A stretch of 64,000 nt of DNA, from contig JAHRHZ010000082.1 of the NCBI GenBank assembly GCA_024137785.1, positions 4,834,737-4,898,736 of the forward strand, read 5' to 3'. Each line of letters starts with the position of its first letter. The stretch's first letter is position 1. This document shows, one piece after another, positions 51,400-64,000 of the stretch. The position numbers and the translations under genes are program-made. The notes beneath the pieces are model-generated. The model made no database searches, was not told the DNA's origin, and saw only the letters and a program-made list of their open reading frames with translations. The DNA is from Ginglymostoma cirratum. Lineage: Eukaryota.

Positions 51400-51915
51400 G
51401 CAAGACACTTAAGTCAGTTTCTATAGTACTTTACTTGGTTTTCCCTCCAAATGAAAATGTCAGTTGGGCATTACAGTTGTCAACATCCAGATGGACTTAC
51501 AAATTTTGGTTTTCTACCATGTGAAAATCAACATTAAGGCAACGTACAAAAAGAAATTTTACATAAATTAACTCAGATGCATAAATTTACAGGTGTAAAT
51601 GCAACTTTTGCAACTCAAGTTTCAGCCCCATGAACTGCTGAGAAACAATAGAACAACAGGGTCATAAGGCCTGAAATGCAATGTGTTTCAAACCCTGCAA
51701 GAATGGCAGCAAGACAGAAAGTGATTATTTCAACAATCCAACAGTGCTCCTTTCAAAACACTTCATACTAGCTTTCTGAAGGGGATGGTAATTTCTTTAC
51801 AAGTAGGCTCTTCCAGTTTCATGAGGCTAGCATGAGGTGTAATTGCCTGGGCAAAAAAAATTATTCTTCCTTTTCAAAGTTTGCAGCAAATGCTGTGCAT
51901 TTGCTTGCAGTCCAT
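51400..51915 (-). other. Actin 3'UTR with ACTG1-like conserved blocks; candidate variant polyA signal AGTAAA at 51430-51435
   Basis: CACCTCATGCTAGCCTCATGAAACTGGAA and TTGCATTTACACCTGTAAAT...TTAATTTATGTAA...TTTTTGTACG blocks resemble the recalled ACTG1 UTR; GU/U-rich tract downstream of AGTAAA. Confidence 0.65.
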
Positions 51916-54126
<2,211 letters not shown>

Positions 54127-54395
54127 TCAGTGTCATCTGTCAAACTGGACTATGGACTGTCAACAAATGAGATTCCACAAATCATTTCTCACAAGTTAAC
54201 TTCTCAGTTGAGGTACTACATTGAGAAGTGCAAATAGACCAAAGTGAATGGCTGCTTAAAAATTACTTTTATCATGAATTCTCTTACTCATTTCTAGCTC
54301 ATTGGTTGACAGATTTTCCTCATCAAGTTCCATGCCATGGTCTGCTGGGTACAGAACAATATCACATATGGCTCAGCTAATCAGACCGAACAATT

Positions 54396-54405
54396 CCATA
54401 AAAGG
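54396..54405 (-). promoter_or_regulatory. Intron-1 CArG box (CCTTTTATGG on the gene strand)
   Basis: Perfect CC(A/T)6GG; same sequence as the recalled beta-actin intron-1 enhancer CArG. Confidence 0.65.
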
Positions 54406-55431
54406 ATATGGCTCGAGTCTAGCCAGGATTGACCCCACCCCCTCAACTTTACTAAATGCTAGTCTTTAATATACCCCAATTCCTCCAAACCCCTCCCATT
54501 CATTGAAGAGATCCCAATACCTATCTTTTGTTCCACTGAAGCTCTATCAGACTGGTATTTAAATAACTGTATATTGCAAGTGCTCCATTCTTCATGCTCA
54601 TAAGCCACACCTTGTCACTGCTCAATTCCAGATTCCAATAAAGCCAAAGTAACTGTCCCACCCAAGCCAGTAGTTAAAATACTAGAAAATGCAACCAATA
54701 AAAAGAAAATCAAAGCTACCCATCTTTGAGAGCAGCATTTTGAATATTTTTAAAATCAAGTGACCATGACTTATTGGTCCACACATACATAAAGAGGGAA
54801 CAACTCATCCTGCATATTAGACAAGCAGAAGTCCAAGAGCATGGATTCTTTAAACATTTTTTTAAAAATGCTCATTAGCTACCATAAAAGTAAGCCAGGC
54901 TTCATAACCCTCAAATCAGTAGTCCAGGGGTTTTGCCAGTTCAGTTGCACATTTATAAATTTTTTCAACCTTCAGGTGATAATTTTAGAGACACTATACT
55001 CCCATGACAATAGACCCTTCCACTGATCTATCCATTTCACCCTAGTTTCCTATTCAGCCACACCATTAGTAATTTTAAAGAAAAACTGCCCTACCTCAAC
55101 TAAGAAAACCAAAATCCTCTTAGAATAATAGCATTTCTTCTAAAGAAATTAAGTTACAAATCCAGGAAAAAAAAACAAACAATCACAACATGCAAAATGG
55201 TAAAAAGGTCCCTCACCAGTATGGGAGCGTTGTTTTGGGCTACTCCATCAATTTTAACATACACATTCCAAATTGATATTAAGCAGGGGATAAACAGATT
55301 TTTTTTTTTAAAAAAATGCAAAAGCTGCACAATTTTTAAATACTTGAGAAAGAAAACTTCCTCCCTGCACAAGCAATGTATCCAACACTTATCAACCCAG
55401 CCATCCCATCTCTTTTCAGACAGCTTTCTAC

Positions 55432-55500
55432 CTGCTTGGTTAGTGTCAGGTCAACCAGTGGTGAACACGTCCTCTCCCTGGAGCTGCCGAAGTGAGTGTG
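55432..55500 (-). other. Probable non-coding exon 1 of the actin gene (TSS approximate)
   Basis: CAG|GTAGAA donor at 55432/55431, just downstream of the CArG/GC-box promoter; cytoplasmic actins have a non-coding first exon. Confidence 0.55.
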
Positions 55501-55990
55501 ACCGCTCTCACCCTCTCCCCACTCTCTAATGGTACCAGACCCCGCCCCCAACCGTCCCGGCCGCGCGCACCCACTCTGCACAGACATACCCATATTTGGG
55601 TATCTTTCACCACCTCGTGCTCCCATTGGCCGAGATGGTGCCGCACGCGCCCCTTGCCCGCGGAGGGGGTCGTCGCGCGTCCTCGCCGCTCGGCTCCTTT
55701 ACTACCCCCACCCCCCAAAAACCCCGCCAGCAGTCTCTCATTGGTCAATCGGCGGCGCCGGCGCGCCGCAGTTGAGAATGGGACCCCGCAGTGTGAATTG
55801 CCATGTAACGGTTGGTCCTCGTCCCGGCATCTGAATATGCCAAACCATCCCTCTGAAAGCAGGCATCGGACGTACTGCCACAAACACATTCTGGGGTTCC
55901 GCGCGTAGACTCGGCCCGGTAACCTGCTTATGCGATAACTACTACGTTTTGTTACGGTGATATTATGTAGTATGCAGTCTCCGGGGATCC
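55490..55990 (-). promoter_or_regulatory. CpG-rich actin promoter: CArG box CCATATTTGG 55590-55599, CCAAT 55625-55629 and ~55740-55744, GC box 55540-55548; no clear TATA
   Basis: Only CpG-dense stretch in the window; motifs read directly; CCAAT-CArG spacing resembles the beta-actin promoter. Confidence 0.8.
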
Positions 55991-56330
55991 AGCCTTTTTC
56001 TGTCTTTGATTCTCGATTGTTTGAGACAATTTCATAGCATCGTTTATTTTAAAATAATATATTCCGGTAAAATGAAATATTGAGAGAGCTCTTGAGAAAG
56101 AGCAGGAATGACGTCGACAATTATTGCTCTGCTTTAGTTAGTGATATGTCCCTGATTACCTGTATTGGCTGGGTCGGTACAGCAGAAGTATAGATAGTGG
56201 TTGCAATTATTGTGGCGAGTGAAGGGCTGCAATTTACCACTGCAGGGACAATGCTATGCACACACATTCTTGCCTGAAAAACGAGAGAAACTATCCATAC
56301 TAGGGTGAGGCTGAGCAGCAGCTTTTGTGA

Positions 56331-56340
56331 CCATATTTGG
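56331..56340. promoter_or_regulatory. Distal CArG box CCATATTTGG
   Basis: Identical to the proximal CArG, about 740 bp upstream. Confidence 0.45.
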
Positions 56341-57074
56341 ACTTTTCCAGAGTATCAGATGGGAGTGTCAACAAAATGAATTTCAGCCCAATACACAACC
56401 AACCTTTAAACCAAGCAGGGCATGCCATTGAAACTAATGTATGATTTATTTCATATCGTTTAGTAGCCTTGGATGAACACTGATAATCCTAACGGGAGAA
56501 CTAAATCCAGTATGGAGCAAAACAGAAAACAAAAGGGTGTTTTGAAAAGCACCCAATAATTACAATCAAATGGAAAACTGACCTCTCTCCTGTGTGCATA
56601 CAGTATTATCTTGTCTAATTGTAACTCTGTCTGTGTTACAGTTGAAGGCTGAGTCTCTTCAAGAAAAACCACATCAAATTTGAATGCAGAAACCTGGAAC
56701 AAAGCACAATGGCACAATATATTCATGTTCAGATGTGCTTTGTCACAGCATGGAAGGAAATAGGTTACTCATGTCACCCATTCCCTAAAGATTCAAGACC
56801 TCCTAAAGGGTGAAAGGAAGTCCAAAGATGGAATAGCTTGGCCAATTAAAAGAGCAGTAGCCTTTTAAGGCTTAGGGACAAGTCTCTTACTTGCTCTCAT
56901 AGAAATGGAATGGTTAGTTGCATAATAAAATCAAAACCAGGCAAAGCAAGAGAAAGTGTATTGAATAAGAGATTTTTTTGTCTCCTAAAATTAAAGGTTG
57001 GAGTTTTGGTTAACATTTTCCATGGCATTTTCTGGTGAACTCTTGTACCACAGTGGAAAAGGCTAGTCATTCAG

Positions 57075-57172
57075 TTCTGAGGAAGGGTCACCAGACCCAA
57101 AACATTAACTCTGATTTTTTCTTCACAGGTGCTGCCAGACTGGCTGAGCTATTCAGCAACTTCTGTTTTTGT
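57075..57172 (+). mobile_element. Short PLE-derived element, 11-bp TSD TAGTCATTCAG
   Basis: TSD at 57064-57074 and 57173-57183; hammerhead-like start. Confidence 0.8.
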
Positions 57173-57555
57173 TAGTCATTCAGGTACGCTTGGATTATTG
57201 AAACTAGCAATGAGTCGTCAGCAGTAAAATGTACTCCTTAGACCCGGAACCCAAGGCTAAACTCGCGCTATATAAAAAGAATTCAGTACAACCGTATCTC
57301 TTCTAACTTTACCATTTTTTAAAATTTTGGTTGTCGGTACTCTGCCCATCATGCATTGGCACTGCCTTGCTTTTAACACTTAATCCAGGCCTAACTACAA
57401 CAATGTACTGTTCTATGAAATTCATGCCTTACTAAATTTGTATACTGGTCTCACCTAAATTTGTTTATATTTCCATTCCCTGACATGGCTTTACATGAGG
57501 ACAAATATGAATCGAAATGAAAAATTGTTGTTGATTGGGTACCTATTAGGATTTT

Positions 57556-58641
57556 AAAGTGTTTGAGAAGATTTGTAGTTTAGGCTGTGGATGAGGTTGT
57601 AGACCTGCTCACCGAACCGATGTGTTTGGTTCAAAACGTTTCGTCACCCTGCTAGGTAACATTATCAGTGCGCTTCCGGTGAAGCATTGGCATTCTGTTC
57701 TACTAGTTATTTATGTGCATCAGTTTGCTGGGGTGGTTGGCATTACTTGTGGTTCTGTTTTTCAGTGGTTTATATATCAGGCCCAGTTCAATGTGTTTGT
57801 TGATGGAGTTCTGATTGGAATGCCAGGCCTCCAGAAATTCCCTGGCATGTCTCTGTTTGGCTCGCGACATTATGGATGTGTTGCCCCAGTCGAATTTGTG
57901 TCCTTCTTTGTCCGTGATTATTGAGACCAGTGAGAATTGATTATGTCTCTTGATGGCTAGTTGGTGTTTGTGTATCCTATTGTCAGTTTCCTTCCACTTT
58001 GGCCTATGAAATGTTTTTCACAGCCCATGCATGGTATTTTGTATATTATGTTAGTTTTATTGGTTGTGGGTATGGGATCCTTTATGTGCATCAGTAACAT
58101 ACATAGTAACAGTTTTCTTACAGTTCGGCCTATGTAATGTTTTTCACAGTCTTTGCATGGCATTTTGTATATTACATTAAGTTTTGCTGGTTGTCAGTAT
58201 GTATGTTACTGACTGTGAAAAACATTACATAGGCCAAACTGTAAGAAAACTAACACTAAGGATATGTGAACACCAACTAGCCACCAAGAGACACAACCAA
58301 TTCTCACTGGTCTCAGTACGCACAGAAAAAGGAGGACACGAATTCAACTGGGACAACAGGACAACAGTAGCACAAGCCAAACACAGATATACCAAGGAAT
58401 TCCTGGAGGCCTGGCATTCCAACTGGAACTCCATCAACAAACACACTGAACTGGACCAATAATCAAACTACTGAAAAACAGAACCAGAACTAATGCCAAC
58501 CACCCCAGCAAACCGAAGTATGTAAATAACAAGCTGGACAGAATACCAACGCTTCACCGAAGATGCACTGACAATGTTACCTAGCAGAGTGACAAAACAT
58601 TGCAACCAAACACACCGGCTCGGTGAGCAAGTCTACAGCCT
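57556..58641. mobile_element. Palindromic PLE family B insertion (minus arm ~57556-58190, plus arm ~58200-58641); 12-bp TSD TATTAGGATTTT
   Basis: GIY-YIG motif CEKHYIGQT appears on both strands; TSD at 57544-57555 and 58642-58653. Confidence 0.85.
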
Positions 58642-59577
58642 TATTAGGATTTTCTTTGCAGATTATAGCATCCTAGAATTTTTTTCACACTTTATTTTCA
58701 TTTTGATGTTCACACTTGCTCATATGCTTTTCATACATTCGGTTTTTTTAACATAACCTGCTCTAGCACCCCATGGTAATACCCAGTTGATCATATTGTT
58801 ACATTTATTAACTTTTTTTTAAGTTTATGAGAATCTGTTGGTGGCTATTAATTGTTTGAGTACATAAAACTGAGGAACGGCTGTGACACTGAGTGTTGGA
58901 TGAATGGGGTAATGTTGACAAATTTAATAAACTCTCCATAAAGGAAGAGCTAAGTGTGTCTTAGTTTCAATTTCACCAACAGGCTTGAAATATATTAACA
59001 CTCTACCAATTTGGTGTCTTTTTATGGTTGCATCTGGCCTCCTTTCTGTTATCTGATATTTTACATTCTTAGTCCTGTAAATTATTTTCCTCCTTTCTCT
59101 CCTTTTCTACCTCATTAGCTTGTTCAAAGTCATTATCCTCTCATTCTATCACACAATTTATTATTCCTCATTAATATTGCAGAATTAAAGAAACTAGAAC
59201 CAAACTTCTGTCTGCAAACAACCTATTGTTACAATAGAAATAATAACTATCTCCTTTGCCAAGTGGATAATAATAGTGCTGAATGTAATACTAAGCCATA
59301 AAAGGCCCGTGCTTAATTGCAGGTTTCTGGTGAATTTGCTAGTTTTATATGGTAATGATTGCTGCCCAGTAGCCCCTCCTAGGATTGGGCTTTACATTTA
59401 TGTTATCTGTAATCAAATAGCTTGATAGTATTATGTTCAGTATAGCTGAGCTACTACATAGTGATGGACTGCGTAACAACAATCCAGAAGAGGGGGAGGG
59501 GACTGACAAAAATGTGCAATTATGAAAATATACTTCTGCAAGCTGTGGAACTGTGTGTCTAATCCAATATATCATTA

Positions 59578-59888
59578 GAAACAGGCTAGCTCACCTGGCA
59601 AGTCTACACCAACCCTCCAACCTACCCTCCCCCCCCAACCCTGTCCCTGTAACCCTGCATTTCCCATGGCTAATCCACCTAGCCCACATATCTCTGGGAA
59701 ACTTAGCATGACCAATTCACCTAACCTACATATCTTTCGACTGTGCGAGTAAACCAGAGCACCCAAAGGAAACCCACAGACGCAAAGGGGATGTGTAAAC
59801 TTCACACAGTCGCCGAGGCTGGAATCAAACTTGAGTCTCTGGCACTGTGAGGCAGCAGTGCTAACCAATGAACCACCGAACTGCCCAT
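59578..59888 (-). mobile_element. HE1-type SINE
   Basis: Homology to other copies. Confidence 0.85.
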
Positions 59889-60169
59889 ATGATTCTTTAT
59901 GATTCTCTGCAACCAGTCGACTGTTTTTGAAACATTAAGTCACAGATGAGTCAAAGTTTCTGTCAAATGAATCTAGGTAGACAAAACCAAATACTACTTC
60001 TTCGGCTCTTCTTAGTAGCAATATGCTTCCAAACTCATCTCTATTGACCATCCTTGGCTTCCATATGAGGCTCAAGTCTGTGACTCTTGGTGTCGTGCTT
60101 TGGTCTTGAGCTCCAGTTCAACTGCAGGAGAACCCTGGATGTGCAGTGACATAAAGCTTAGGATTCGGC

Positions 60170-62260
60170 AAAATGGGAACCTATAGCAGATACTGAGGGC
60201 TCAATACAGAAGGGCCCCTATAGGAGTATAAAAAGGGCAGGAGGGAACTTAAAAAATAAACTACAAGAGTAAAGAGAATGAATGAGAATGCATTGGTGGG
60301 TAGAATAGAAGAAATCCCAAAAGGTTTGTTTCTTAAGAATATAAGGAGCAAGAGAACAACTAGGGACTGAGTAGAGCTCAGTAGGGACCATAACAGCAAT
60401 CTATGTTCAGGAAGACACAGTCCTCAGGGAATACTTAACATGGTCTTCACAGTGGGAAAGAACAAGAGTCCATGAGTACATTTAAGGCTGAGATGGATGG
60501 ATTCTTGATCAATAGGGGTATCAAGGGTTATGAGGAAAGGGCGGGAAAGTGGATGTGATGAGTGTCAAATCAGCCATGATCCTATTGATGGCAGAGCAGG
60601 CTCAAAGGGCCAAACAGCCTACTGCCGTTCCTATTTCTTATGGTCTTATGGACAAAGCAGTTATAGACATCAGGGTGGAGGACTCTGAAATATTAGAAGA
60701 AATTAATATGGAGGGGTGGGGAGGTAGGAGTGAATGAATAAAATTGTAGGACTGGATGAGATGTATCCCAGGCTGTTGAGGAGGCATGATAGGAGCTATC
60801 AGGGGCCTTGGCAATAATTTTCAAATGCTCTCTGCTCACAGGTGAGGTACCAGTGGACTGCTAACATTGTCCAATCATTAAAAAAGAGGAGAAAGAAATA
60901 GACCAGAAGTCAGAGTGCAGTGAGTCTATCTTGCTGGGAAGTTATAAGAAAGAATTCTCAGGAACAGTATATATTTGCCTTTGCAGAGACAAGTTGGATT
61001 CAGGGATAGCATGAGTTTGTTAAAGGAAGGTTGTGTTTGAGCAGTTTGATCCTTTTTTTGAGGTGGTAATCAGGATGACGGTAATGCATTTGATGTGATC
61101 TGCTTAGACTTTAGCAATGTTTTGGATAAGTTACCTCATGACAGACTGGTCAAGAAGGGCCCATGGGATCCAAAGTGAAGTGGTGCACTGGATCCAAAAT
61201 TGGCTGTCAAGCAGGAAGCAGAAGGTGATAGTTGAGAGATGTTTCTGTGATTAGAAGTCTGTTTCCAGAGAGGTTCTGTAGGGCTTGGTGCTGGACCCTT
61301 CTCCATTTGTGGAGTACATCGATGATTTGCACCTCAATGTACAGGTTATGATAAAGAAGATTGCAAGTGGCACATGAATCTATAGAGTGTTAAATTAAAA
61401 AGCAGAGGAGCTGTAAACTGCAGGGAGGATACCAACAGACTTGTCAGCTGTGCAGAGCAGTGACAAATGGAATTCAACCCAGAAAAGTGTGAGGTAATTT
61501 AGTCGAGGAGGGCTAACAAGGCAAAGGATTAGATTATGAATAGTAGGACCCTGAAAAATACTGAAGGTTAGAGGGCTGTGTGCGTATGCATAGATCCCTG
61601 AAGGTAGAAAGGCAGGTAGATGAGGTGGTTAGGAAGGTATGTGGGATATTTACCTTTATTAGCCAAGGCATAGAATACAAGAGCAAGGAGGTTATGCTGG
61701 AACTGTATAAAATATTGGTTCACAACTGAAGTACTTCGTGCAGTTTTCATCATCACATTACAGAAAGGATGTGATTATGCTAGGGTGGATGCAGAGAAGA
61801 TTTGCCAGGCTGCTGCCTGAACTGGAGATCTGAGCTATGAGGAAAGATCAGAAAGGCTGAAGTTGTTTTCCTTGAAACAGCAAAGTTTGAGAGGGGTCTT
61901 GTTAGAGGTATATATGATTATGAGGGGTGTAGTTGGGATGGATAGGAAGGCACTTTTTCCACTAGTAGAGAGGTCAATAACCAGCGGGCATTAATTAAAG
62001 GTGAGGTTGAAGGCTAAGAGGAGAGTGGAGGAGAAGTCAATCTCTGCGGGTGATGAGAGTCTGGTACTCACTGCCTGAAGGGTGGTTAGAACAGAAAATA
62101 TCACAAAATTTAAGTAGTGTTAGATATTCTCATGTGTTGCCATAGCCTCTAGGACTATGGGCCAGACACTGGAAATTAAGATCAGTGAAGTCAGATTTTT
62201 GTCTGGCACTGATGTGAAGGGCCAAATGCCCTCCTTCTGAGCTATAAGCATCTGAGTTTC
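60170..62260 (+). mobile_element. Degenerate CR1 LINE ORF2 and 3' end, with an internal CR1 tail insertion (~60470-60650)
   Basis: Decayed RT motifs (DVICLDFS..DKLPHDRLVKK, WIQNWLSSRKQKV) with many stops. Confidence 0.8.
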
Positions 62261-62370
62261 TCATGCATTTCTAATCTATCACCAATACTTCCACTGCCTC
62301 CCTTGCCTCTTCGTTATCAATACCTAAATCCCCAATTTTTGCACTTTAAAACTGAAGTCCTATGATTATT

Positions 62371-62514
62371 GATAACAAGGTGTAGAGCTGGATGAACACA
62401 GCAGGCCAAGCAGCATCATAGGAGCAGGAAGGCTGACGTTTTGGGCCTAGACCTTTCACTTTCTCTACACCTTGTTATCTCGGATTCTCCAGCATCTGCA
62501 GTTCCTATTATCTC
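62371..62514. mobile_element. PLE family A short insertion with inverted arms; imperfect TSD TCCT(A/T)TGATTATT
   Basis: Minus arm 62371-62458, plus arm 62464-62514; TSD at 62358-62370 and 62515-62527. Confidence 0.7.
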
Positions 62515-64000
62515 TCCTTTGATTATTCCTTGTCAGATTCCCTGCTTCAGCGCTTGCATAAACTACATTTTCTGGATTGATTATGTCAGCTGAAATAAAT
62601 TTTATATATGTAATACAAGCTCACATTACAGAGTCTTTTGTGTGAATTCAGGAATGGATTTCTGAACTTGAGCCCTTTGCAGATTCTAACTTGTTGGTGA
62701 TCAGGAAATCTTTCTACGAGGGCAGTGCCTCATTTGCAATACAAGATTGCCTTTCGATTCTATTAATGGGCAGAAAGCAATGTACACTGCTTAATGTTGC
62801 AGTTCCAACAACATTCAGTTAGTCATAGTGGCCCTGAAAATCCACTGGGGATGAACATATCCCAACGTAGTGCCCACCTGGAATTCAGTGCTAAGCATGA
62901 CAGACTTTCTTGCACAAAGGAGATGGCATCTTGTTTGGCTTGGTTATGGAAGGTGACCATATCATTGCCAATGTATCAGTGGTAACCACCTTGGCTCAAC
63001 TTAAAAACCTGCACTAAAAAATCCTTCTTGGGGCTGCAGACATTTAATTCCAATCTAATTCCAGTTCAACCCACCTCCCAGCGGACCTCACATCTATTAC
63101 TATTGAAGACGATTACCTGACCTGACCAGATGTACCTTCTGCTGACCACATATTGTATTCCATTGAGAGCTTAAGATGTGGAAACTCAGAGGGAGTGACA
63201 GCTATGTCCCCCCCATCATCACCCCTTCCCACAAACTGATGACTGTTATTGGAAGGTCAATGCTCTGTCCCCATAAGCTACTGAGGACATTCAGTACAAA
63301 TGTGTGATCCAGGTATCAGGTACTAGTCTGGCTCTTGACTGAAGTTAGAGTAAATGTATGCTGGAGCAGCCACAGATTTCAGGGCTGGAATCTTACACAG
63401 GCTAGGATACCATCTCAGCTGTGCATCAGCAAACAACTACACAGAATAAATAATTACTTCTTTCAATGTACAGAAGCAATCTTTTTTCACATATAGGTAT
63501 CTATGGGCAGTTACAACCCAGAAGATAGCATGTGTACTGTATTTTAAACTGCCTCAAGTAGATCCATACATTTGCAATACCTTCCAACTCTCACTGACTA
63601 AGTTAAATGTGGGTTGCAACATGAGGAAAATTCCTGAGGCCTGCTGGTGCACATGGAATTCTCACCAAGGTCAGCCTACTTTAGAAGGTAAGGAAATAAG
63701 ATAACAATTGTTCTATACTAAGAAATTTTGGACAAATTGAGATCACGTCCATGTGTGATCCTGAAGTGTCACTAAAAATATGTCAGCGTAGCCTACAAGA
63801 TGATTTGCTTTGTGAGGTCAGTACCTGAAGTATGTTCATCACTTTCAAACATTTGTGGACTCCAATAATTCCTCCACCACAAACCGCAACTTGCTTATCG
63901 AATTTCTTACTTGATTGATTTGATTAATAGGATTCAGTGACGATCTGCTTGATATCAGCTTCTTTAACCTTTCTGCATAATTTAGTTTATAAATTCCCAA

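Noticed and set aside
55446-55908. Overlapping 100-147 aa ORFs in the promoter
   Set aside because: GC-rich sequence lacks stops by chance; Arg/Pro/Gly-biased, no recognisable domain

Overview
Eukaryotic genomic DNA, most likely from an elasmobranch (shark), inferred from about 10 HE1-type V-SINEs plus DeuSINEs, CR1 LINEs and Penelope-like elements (PLEs). Only one protein-coding gene is supported: an intact cytoplasmic actin on the minus strand, CDS complement(join(51916..52059,52388..52569,52807..53245,53547..53786,53968..54093)), 376 aa, starting [16 protein letters not shown] (gamma/'type 5'-like). It has a probable non-coding exon 1, a CpG-rich CCAAT/CArG/GC-box promoter near 55.5-55.9 kb, and sits in a roughly 6-kb zone nearly free of transposons. 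The rest is repeat-rich intergenic DNA with two N gaps. The most notable observations are: (1) a 42-nt stop-containing 'poison' exon in actin intron 3 with downstream RBFOX motifs, resembling mammalian ACTG1 exon 3a; (2) ACTG1-like 3'UTR blocks with a miR-145 8mer and an apparent ~60-bp micro-inversion; (3) hairpin-rich actin introns 4 and 5; (4) minimal hammerhead-ribozyme motifs with covarying stems in two PLE families, several inserted as inverted structures with 11-16 bp target-site duplications (TSDs). Repeat boundaries are approximate. Family names and human comparisons come from recall, not database searches.
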